Shown: piece by piece, positions 53,468-64,000 of the stretch | How the letters are laid out: each line of letters opens with the position of its first letter | Position numbering within the stretch: position 1 is the stretch's first letter | NCBI RefSeq assembly: GCF_009914755.1 | Contig: NC_060938.1 | DNA length: 64,000 nt | From: the human T2T-CHM13v2.0 reference genome, Homo sapiens | Reading direction: 5' to 3' (one strand) | The notes under the pieces: generated by a model | The model's input: the letters and a program-made list of their open reading frames with translations, nothing else | What the model was told of the DNA's origin: nothing | The model's database searches: none | Program-made: the position numbers and the translations under genes

Positions 53468-54009
53468 TGTGGAGCAGGTTTACTGTGCACTGGTTACCAA
53501 CTTGCCTGATTCCAATGAGACAGAACACACTCATATGCAGCAAGCCACATGAAGTGGATTTATTACTTACAGATAAGCAGAAAGGGACAAAAGAAGCATA
53601 GCATCCTATGTGAGCTCATTTCTCAAGGTTCAAAAAAGCTTACTAGGGCAGATTGAGTTTTGACTGCACAGGCCCCACTTGCACCAGAGCTGTGGGACCC
53701 CCCTAGAGGCAGACTGCCTTGGGTTATATACCTCAGCGGCAGCATGAATCACTGAGTAAATATTTGAAGGACATCCTGCATCCAGGAGAATGAGAAACTA
53801 AGTCTTGAATATTGCAGGCAATTCCTTTCTAACTCAAGATGTTACATTCCACAAGAGAGACATGAACAAGGCTTGAACTGTGTCAGGCAGCTTCTCCCTA
53901 TCTCAGGATATTCCATTTCCAGTTCATTCTGTAGATATGCTTGAGAACTACAAACAAGAAAGAGGGGAGAATTGGGTTAGTTCAAGGTCACCCAGAGAAC
54001 TGTTCTGTA
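53468..54009 (-). mobile_element. ERVL-class solo LTR (LTR53/MER74-group-like)
   Basis: tgtggagcaggtttactgtgcactggttaccaacttg...tttattacttacagata...gccccacttgcacc...gggttatatacc. Confidence 0.65.
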
Positions 54010-55744
54010 GGAGGCCCTATCCTAGTCAGGCTGTTTAATTTCATGATTGTAACTAGGGAGAGTTGTTCTCTTTTCTTGTGCTTCCATCATCTTGCAGTCA
54101 GCCAATTACATGGTTTTCAGCTTGGTATGTTCAAATATATCATTTTAATTTAGTGATTTAAGCAAATTAAAACTATTAGAATCAAGGGAGGAAGGAAAAC
54201 TTTTTTTTTCCCTTTTCCAAACCTGCCTTACTCCTATGTAGGTATAAATTAAGGGGTCTTTATTAAATCCAGAATTTTTCTATACTAGTGTTGAATTCTT
54301 AAAGAGCTCCATTCTAAATTTGCACACTTTACCCTTATCCTGTTATCACAGCGCAGTAGTTAGAATTGGAATGATTCTATTCACTCATGTTTGAGGTCTA
54401 TTTCAGTCAAGCCCAGAACTCATTGGGTGGATCCGTGTTATTCTTTTGCTCTGAGCTCTGTACACCTTATTTGGAGGTCATTAATATTATAGGTTGCTTA
54501 TAGATAAGTGAATTTTGCAGCTTGTATCTAAGGATAAGTCTAAAAAGTATAAGAGCTTCTTGATTTGCATTTTTGTTAAGCACCAGGGATATGACCGCAT
54601 TCTTCATAATTTCGAGGGAGTCCTTAGAACCTTTTAGACAAGATCAGATTGTCATGTGAATTTAGCACCTTGAACAATTCCTCTCTGCCCATGGGCTCCA
54701 CTGCAGGTACCTAGATAGCTTTCTGGGTTTTGCTTCAAATTGTACTTTCTGTTTAGTCCCTTGGATTTAATATAAAAACATTCTCTTATTTCCAGGCCCA
54801 TTTTGCCTATTGCAGCAACACCAGATCCTCTTGGTTATCACCTTTTGTGACTGGACAACACTAACCACAAGACAGCTGTGATATCCTAAATGCATGCTAT
54901 AGTATGACAGTAACCTATCCATATGGATAACAGCACCCCAATTTCTCTACTCAGCTCATAGAAATTATGTACCCTGAAGACCTTGGGACCTCCAGGATTT
55001 CTGCCATTAGTAGTGAGGACTTTGAAAATGTCAATATATTTTCATGTCACACTAGATATAACTTGTTCCTCCTAATTAAAATGATAGAGGGTTAGAAACC
55101 AAGATTGGCCCAAGCAAGAGCTGTGCAATTCTCCTTAGAATACAGTGGAAGCATCTCTCTAGTGTCAATAATTAATTCTATACTGTCAGAGGGGCAGCTG
55201 TGTGTCCCAAGGAATTACTGAAGGACAGCCCTTCCCATTATTGCTTAAATATACTTTTAGGGAATGAATGATGAAAGCAATTTAGTGAAGAAAAATGGAC
55301 TGTGAACATGTAGTATAAAATTCTAATCGCTTTCTATTGCTAAATGGGAAAAAGACGTTTAAAAATAACTGATTTACCAGGTTTCTAGCTTGTAACTCTC
55401 CTAGTATTGTATATTGATTCTGCTTACTGAAATTCATGTTCTGTGAGAGAAAGATATTAGTTCTTTAATAAAATAATTTTAGCCAATTCAATGAATAGAT
55501 GCTAGTTTTAAAATTAATGTAACCTAATATGATAATTTATAGCTTTTATAACATAAACTAAATTATGTAATGTATAAACAGATTAATTTTTATAAAGCAT
55601 AGTAATAATGATAAATATGTTAACATCATTAAATATTTTAATTAGAGTTTTAAAAATATTCTTCTAGAAATACAGCATCAGTGATACAGTGGACATGTTT
55701 CAATTATAGATAGAAGTAATTTATATTTGTACATAACTTTGGCA

Positions 55745-55910
55745 TCTGCTAGAAAATATTTCTCTTATTTAATCCTTACAAAAATGCTGTGAGGTAGAAA
55801 AGGTTGGTGTCATTATATTTACAGTAAATAGAAGAAATTTGTTCAATAAAACATACCTGAAAAGTGACAGAAATGGAGCTAGAGTCTTATGACTCCTAGT
55901 ATTAGTTTGT
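55745..55910 (-). mobile_element. MIR
   Basis: tttaatccttacaaaaatgctgtgaggtag. Confidence 0.65.
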
Positions 55911-56224
55911 CTCTATTGAAATGCTGAAATTATATATGTATAATATATATATTACTAAAGACAGGGCTCATGAATCATTTGCTCAATAGCAGGAATCCAT
56001 TGTGTTTCTCTTTTTGGCCAGGTATCTTGCAAGGCACAGGGAACACAACGTTAACGAGTAGGTTTGCCTTCAAAGGATGGACAGTCTGATAAATACTCTA
56101 ATTTAGAAGTCACATAACAGTATTATGCAGTCTTCTCTTTTCCCCTACAATGTTATTGATTGACCAAAAAGAAGGTCATGGTTCAACTTGTTTTATCCGC
56201 AGATGAAGTGGAGGTTCTCATTGA

Positions 56225-56460
56225 AAGAGAACTCTTCCAAGAACTGGACACCTGGCTTCCACTTTTGCCTTGTTACTAACGTTATGTGTAACATTGAGAG
56301 TATCATTTAACCTTTTTAGTCCTTAGTTTGTTCATTTATGAAATAGTTAAAATAAAACTTGACCTACCTACCTCACAGGATCAATGTGAGGAAGAAAAAT
56401 ATGATTTCATAGGTAAAATCAAAATTGAAAAATGTAGGAGGACTGAACAGATACAGGATA
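56225..56460 (+). mobile_element. MIR
   Basis: tcatttaacc...ccttagtttgttcatttatgaaat...acctcacagg. Confidence 0.7.
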
Positions 56461-56593
56461 ACAATGTTTAATTCTGGACTGTATGGAACAATTATTATCA
56501 AATAACTAGAGTTATAATAAAAACTGTTGCATTGATGGTATCCAGCACATTCTTGTCTTTACTTTTATTAATTTTAATTAACTAGTTAATGTA

Positions 56594-56750
56594 TTTATTT
56601 ATTGAGATGTGGTCTTGCTTCATTTCCCAGGCTAGAGTGCAGTAATGCAATCATAGTTCAATGCAGCCTTGACCTCCCTGGCTCAAGTGAACCTCCTACC
56701 TCAGCCTCCACAGTAATTGGGACTACAGATGGATGCCAACATGACTGGCT

Positions 56751-56786
<36 letters not shown>

Positions 56787-56901
56787 AGCTGGGATCTCCC
56801 TATATTGCATAGGCTGGTCTCAAACTCCTGGGCATAAGCAATCCTCTTGACTGGGCTTCTCAAAGTGTTGGAATTACAGGTGTGAGTCACTATGCCCAGC
56901 C
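56594..56901 (-). mobile_element. AluJ with expanded central T tract
   Basis: gcaatcatagttcaatgcagccttgacctccctggctcaag...actatgcccagcc. Confidence 0.9.
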
Positions 56902-59099
56902 CATATTCTTTAATCGGGCCATACCCCTGGGATCCTGGGGGAAAAGTAAACTTAGGTGATGAAAATATCAGAGGTGGAAACATATTTCATTGTCCGTCTG
57001 AAGGCCCTGACATTCCAAATAAGCTTTGTCAATATGAATTTATAGGCTGAGGTAGATTGGAGTGCCACTTTTGCTTTGCCTTAGGCTGTTAATATAAAAC
57101 ATACACTTTTTATGTCAAGCCAAGTGGGGATAAGTTATTGCTAGAAACCTATAATGATTTCAGATTTTCAGAACAGTAATGGACGTCAAAGAACCATATA
57201 TTCGTGTAGCTCTACATGGAAGGCAAACCTAATTTTGAATAAGCAAACTGAGGATGCATTTCCATTCTCAAATGGTTTCTATCATGACCTTTTTATATCA
57301 GATTGTACTTGTGTTTATATCTTTGAAGGAGAAATACACAGGAAAGATTAGGACACTGTGGAGATAGAGTCATGTGGAGCACTCATAAAAAATTAAATGT
57401 CCTCAGCATTCACAGAAGTAGGTCATTTCATTCTTAATTAAATTTATACATTATAGTCACTGATTAACTTGTATCTGGATATTAGATATTCTTGAGGCTT
57501 CCTTATTTGCAAAAACTATTGTACAAATAAATACTTTGTACACACAAAACTGTAACAAACAAATAATATCTAGTTAAGAAGTTTCTTTCTCGAATTTTAT
57601 TGCCCTTTATCCCATATTTCATAATTTCACGCTTCTGTCTTGCATGCTTCTGGGATTCTCTATCTTAATGACCTATTTTTATCTTTGGTTGCTTGTATCA
57701 GCAAAATATGGGAAAACTCAGGTATAAATAGAACACACAGGACATTACCTTAACAACTATATGTGAATCCCTGGTGTTAGTATTTCAAGGATGACTATTC
57801 AAAGAAATGCCACAAAAATCTTGATGTTTTTCAAAGATATAGAATGGCTGAGTAGACAAAGAATAAAAAAAAATTCACACTCTCTAAAGTGCAAATTACA
57901 TGAACTGTGGGCAGATAAACCCCTCCTAATGTAAAACCACAGCACAGTAACTTGAGACATATTTGATAATTCCCGGAGACAGGAAGATCTCTTTAGAGGG
58001 CGTTTGAAAACGCTATTCTGAAGGTCTAAAAGGACATTGGATGGGTCATATAAAATATTAACTATAAATTCAGGTATTAGAGCACTCTACAGAAATGAAA
58101 ATGCATTTGGTGGTGGATTTCGTAAAATGGATGAAAGAAGTGAATTCATCTTTCTCTTTCACCATCATTAAGACAATTTTTCCCGTACCATTTTTTATTG
58201 CTTGCTGGTTGGATGGGAAGACTAACATTTTGGTTAATTTAAGTTTCAAATTTTAGCTATTTTATAACACATTTTTCGATATTTTGAAACACCATACTAT
58301 AGTAATAAAATTACTATTTTCCCATTTTACATAAACATCAGTACTTTTAGCATGAAATGGCTTTTCTATACTTTTCTATACACATATTTGTAGTTTGCTT
58401 GGGAAGAAAACACAAAATTAAATGCCAATTTGCTCTTTAAATTCCATAAATATAATGCCACAGTAATAGAGATCAGATCCATGGTGTCCCAAACCTGATA
58501 TTAACATAGTTCCTTGTGGTTTGATAATGGCTTTATGATTTATATTTAAAATATTTAGATAGATGAAGGGTAATTGTGCCACCCTAAAATATCAGAAAAT
58601 GAAGTTTTGAAACTTTATTATAGTCACACAAATCAACTGATGTTCCTTTGTTTTTATAGTGCAAAATATTTCTCCTTTTTGAAAATGAGTGCATCAGCAT
58701 AAAAGCCTCTTGAGCGAGAAAAATGTATATTGATCACTGTAAGTGCTTTTCTGTAATACCTTGAAGTTATTGAAATTGACCCTAAACCATGTTCTATTTC
58801 TGACAATGGATTCTTTTCATGTGTTATTTATTGATTTACAGCTTAATAGAGATGCAGAAGTAATTTCTGTTATGAAAAACACATGTAAGACCTTGTCTTA
58901 CTATTTGAATTTGTTTGTAGCTTTAAGAAAACATCAAACACATTATACTCAATATAAGAGCTAACAGATTAACCAACATAACTCTTATAACACTTTCATC
59001 CTTCAATAATGTGTTGAAATAAATACACATACTGAATCATCTATTGGACCACAAAGTACAATCTGGCTAGTGCACATGTGGAGAAAATAAATTCTAGAG

Positions 59100-59290
59100 T
59101 AAAAGGTTGTTTGTGTTATAACCTGAATTCCACTCTTTCTCAGATTTAGTATATCATTCCTTTGCACCTCAGCATTTCCATTTGGAAAATAGTGATAACA
59201 TTAGTCTTCTTCTAGCTCAATGGCTGTTATGAAAATACATGAGGCAGCATATGTGAATAGTTCCCAAAGCTTTCGAAGAAAGTTGCTTTG
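59100..59290 (+). mobile_element. MIR
   Basis: cacctcagcatttccatttggaaaatagtgataa. Confidence 0.6.
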
Positions 59291-60513
59291 CAAATTGAGG
59301 TAATGCATAGGTCAACTTTCCTGGCTGAGGCAAGTGGTTCCTCATTGTTATTTAGTTTCTCCCATTCTAAGGGCAAAATAGGCTGCTTGCCAAAAGACAT
59401 GGATTATCATGAAGAACTGGCATAGATTCCAGGACTTGAGCCCTGACTCCTGCTTTTGCATTCATAGTGACCTGGATCAAATGAAGACTGCCAGCATGGA
59501 TTGACAGAAAGGCAATACATCTCATGATTCATGGGCTTCCATTTGCTACTTCACACTGTATTTTCCTTTTCTTTCTTTCTTTTTTTCTTAACATATTGAA
59601 CTGTAGCGTAAAAGGCTAAATAAGATGTCCAGTTGTTTTATATAAAATTGTACACAATATAACACAGAGGTTTTAAATGTTAAAGATTAGAGACACATAG
59701 TTAGCTGGTTAAATCCAAATAATTTGTTATACTTGTACACTGTTACTTCATACTTCATTGTCACAATTTATACCATATATCTTAGCGCAAGTAATAAAAA
59801 TGGGATTAAGAGCTTTACATAATCAGTGTGAGAGAGTCTCACTGAATGCAGTGTTAAAAATTCATCTTAACTGACTTATAATTTAGGAGCAAAATACAGC
59901 ATTTAGAAAAATCATATATTTTTGACTCCCTACATATTTTGTTGATAAGCTAATTAATGATTACCTAGGTAGATATTCTGTGGTTCTTTTATAAAATAAA
60001 TCAAGAGAAAAAGGTATAAATAGGAATCAAAAACATTCTTAATTCCATTACATTTTTCCAAACTGTTTGAGTGAATAAAGCTGACTAAATAATATCAGCA
60101 GAAATTAAATAATCAAAACCAATGGAATGTTGAATACATATTAGTGCAATTAAAGTTTTATATTTTTACATATGCAATATCCTGTGGAGATATTGAAATG
60201 GAAAATATTTTGGAATGATTTCCTCTCAGGGAGTATTTTTGAAATAAATCCCCTTTCCCCCCACATACATATCTTCTCGGCACACAAACCATGTGTGTTA
60301 GCTTCTAAGTTATCTTGTGTATTTGAAAATCATTTGTCTTTGAATCATTGGGTTGATTCAAGATTCTGGCTCTATCTTCAGTAGCTCCCATGATGCACTA
60401 AAAAAGGCAAATTCGATAACATCATTTCACATTCATCTATAAACTATTTTTCCTGGGCACAATCTCTCCCCACTGGCATGCACGTGAGAGTGCACACATA
60501 GACATAAACACAC

Positions 60514-60534
60514 CACACACACACACACACACAC
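60514..60534. repeat. (CA)n microsatellite
   Basis: read directly. Confidence 0.9.
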
Positions 60535-61797
60535 TGACTGTTTAAAGCTATTTACCGTTACTCCCATATATTCTTTTAACCCTCTGCTTTAAACACTCTG
60601 ATTTTCTCATCTTTCTCTACACATGAAACCATCTTTCCCTCTCTTCCTATGGTCATGTTTTTCCTTACAATAAACCACTTCTGTTCATAATCTCTGTAAG
60701 TCTCAAAGTGAATTCTTTACTAAATATGCCCAAACTAATCTTTCTCTACTCAGAGAGAAAGCTCTGTAACCAATGCAGTTTAGTAGGTTACCCTTTATAA
60801 CATGTGGTAATATAAAAATAAACTACTGCTGTTGAAAGTTGAAATGAAAAGTAATTAGAATACTTTTTCTTGTTTGAAGTCATGGTTGAAAATGAAAGTG
60901 TGTTTTTGTTTCTGATACTTTTTGTGGTTGCTTTATTTTGCAAACACTTGAGGGTTTTAAAGTTAATAGATGCCTTGAGATTCTAAAAGTTTTATAAAAT
61001 GATTATAACCAGTTTTGATAATATAGATACTTCATGTGTGGATCCAAGATTCCTAATGGACTTTAAATCATTTGCATTTACAACATGCATGTAGGCAGAT
61101 TCCAAGAGTTATAAATTGGTCGTTGAATTTATTAGATAATGTCTTACATCTTTAAGAACATACAGAAGGGATGAAGACCATTTATGTTGCTTTCACTAAC
61201 TGTTTAAATCTATCATGCATTTAGGAATATAATTGCAAGCTGCTGTTTAAAGTTTTGATAGTGTAATATCTGAAAATTATATACCTATCCTACTTTACTT
61301 AATATGCGTCCAGTTTTGTTAGTTATCATGAACCATGTACCACACAGTTTGGCAGGGTTGGGTAAGGAGATAGTCGGAGTGTGTGTTTTGTGTGTGTGTG
61401 TGTTATGTATATGTGTGTGTACTGGCAGAGGTTGAATTAAACCCTGTGATAAAAAAGGAATCAAGGCTTATCCTAAGAAAATGTATAAAGATCTTTCTTT
61501 AGGATATATTTTATGTCCTTCCCCTGTGTCCTCCAACTTTCAGTCGCTCCATTATTTGATAGTTTAATTCTCAGATGCTGAGGATCAGAACAGATGGATG
61601 CAGAAATTCTGGGAGAATCTTGGCTGAAGATGTGGGTTTCTCTTCTGCAAAGAACACAAGATCAGAGAATCTTTAAAATGAGATGGGAATAAATTTCAGG
61701 GATCATATTTGACATTCTAAATTAAAACATGGTTTCTTTTTTATGGTCTAAAAGCAGCTGTCTAGTTCCTTTAGAACAACCACAGTAAGGTAACTAA

Positions 61798-62030
61798 AGC
61801 ATAATGGTTGAGAGCTTTTGGTATGAATTAGTCCAACTGGGCCTGTGTGTTCTACCTGTCCTAGCTAAATGAGCTTAGCGTCTTTTATGCTTCAATTCCT
61901 TCAACTGTAAAATGAAATTATTAATAATACTTATTTCACAGTCTGGTTGAGGGGATTAAAAGAGATGATGCATGTAAAGTGTAGCATAGTGCTTGGAAGG
62001 AAATGCTCAATGACTAGTAGCAATGTTACC
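61798..62030 (+). mobile_element. MIR
   Basis: agcataatggttgagagc...ctgtaaaatg...gattaaaagagatgatgcatgtaaagtg. Confidence 0.85.
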
Positions 62031-62032
62031 TG

Positions 62033-62301
<269 letters not shown>

Positions 62302-62767
62302 TAAAAAGTTTGTTTCCCCACATTTTAAGTTCTCAAACTAGAATCTTGTTACTCCTACATGTTAGAAGAGTTTATACCTTGTAGATGGTATTCAAAAGGA
62401 CTGTCTCTCTCAAATGGGAGCCATTTAAGCATTTAAGGTCACATGTTCCTCTTAAACTAAAATAATCAGTTGTTTCACCTCTTCATGGGTCATGATTCAT
62501 CTTTCTTACTATTCTCCTCTGGGGACTGAACATTTGTTAATGTTCTCCTAGAAATTGATTGCAATATTTCTTGTAGATTGGAAGGGCAGAGTGAAGCAGA
62601 ATTTTCACATACTCTTCTGTGTAATCTGCTTTTGGTGATGTAGGTTCCATTCTTATTATTTTGGGGCTACATTTTCATGTTAAATTGGGGCAGTTACAAA
62701 TTACATTTTCAGCAACTTCATGAAAATTAACCCTTCAGTCAACACAAAACCTGAAGTGATTTTAAAA

Positions 62768-63040
62768 TTGTTTTATTTTATTTTATTTCATGTTTTAGTT
62801 GACACAATAATTGTACATATTTGGGGAGTATACAGTGGTGTTTCAATATATATCATGTATAGTGATCAGATCAGAGTAAGTAGCATATCCGTCATCTCAA
62901 ATATCATTTCTTTGTGTTGGGGACATTCAACATCCTTCTTTTAGCCATTTGAAACTATAATATATTATTGTTAATCATCCTATAGTTCTATGGAACACTA
63001 GAAGTTATTCCTTCTGTCCAGCATAATTTGTAACCCTTAA
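62768..63040 (-). mobile_element. L1MA 3' end
   Basis: ttgacacaataattgtacatatttgggg...gtgatcagatcagagtaa...ggacattcaacatcc. Confidence 0.85.
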
Positions 63041-64000
63041 TGAAATGATTTTTAATCTCCTATCCCATTGATTGGATGCTGTTATGTTTCATCATGTATA
63101 TTTGTCTTTGTTTTAATTGATATTTTTAAGTTTTATTGCAGAAATTTCTTTCTATTCCTATTCCTATAAAAATAATTTCAGCTCCTGGTACTATCCTGTC
63201 TATTGCTGGACTAAAGCAAACTTTGTCTCACTTTTTGGGTGAGGATATTCAACATGAAGTAGAAATGGCACTCCCCAGACAAGGGAGAAGTCTCAGGGAC
63301 ACAGACCCCTTTTCTGTATCCCATTTCCTAGAATCACTTATCCTTGTAGTTAACTCCCAAAATGCTTCCTTTAGCCTTGAGAAGATAATATGAAATATCT
63401 TTCTATTAATTATGCCCTGATAAGCTCGCAACATCATTTTACTTTTTTTTGTTTTTGATTTTATGTTAGTATATCCTCATATTTGTAAAACATTTTAGTT
63501 CAATTTTGTACATTTATTGAGCATTCATGCTGTGCATGACAATGCTCACTGGTACTAAGGGGATCTCTTTCCTCACAAAGCTCTGTTGATATTGGCCATG
63601 GGCCTCCAGACAATTTCCAGAGCCACCTTTCAAAGTACAACTATGTGTGAGAATAGTCTTCCTAACAGCCTCAATTCTAGATCAGCTTGGAGTCAGATCA
63701 AGCCACACTCTGGGTGCTTCCATCTTGAGCATATCTAAATTGAGGCAAGGATGGAGAGTATTCAGAGAACAAGAGAGTCCTTTTGTTTTCCAGGAGTCTG
63801 TGAGGAAGTAAAATTTGGTGAAAAATTTTGGAAGACTGAATGTTTATATGACACTTTTATTGGTATATATCAATTTATGCACCTAACATTAGCCCCAAGT
63901 CTTATCAAGTTCCCCTGATGTTTATATTGTTGGTGTTTAACCAATAGCTCCTCTCATCCTTTTCATGTGATTTTAGTGTATTTGGATAACATACATAGAT

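Overview
Primate (most likely human) AT-rich, LINE/LTR-rich, Alu-poor genomic DNA with no supportable protein-coding exon. It centres on a CpG-island promoter (~21.9-27.0 kb) with a (CCG)8 tract and a long non-coding first exon (~23.65-25.33 kb, donor CAG|GTAACA at 25331/25332). From memory this resembles exon 1 of LRFN5 (SALM5, chr14), which I cannot verify here; everything to the right would be intron 1. The rest is interspersed repeats: L1, L2, MIR, Alu, MaLR/ERV solo LTRs and hAT remnants. Repeat family names come from recalled consensus sequences, not a search. I found no convincing new multi-gene system. The most notable observations are: a CpG-rich solo LTR with triplicated YY1+ARE modules; a solo LTR7 with an extra 51-bp unit, facing that LTR; three twin-primed L1s, one apparently without a 3' end yet with a TSD; three non-repeat local duplications; a CCG tract inside an antisense poly-Gly frame; tandem uORFs; and an orphan A54 tract fused to a splice-donor-like site.
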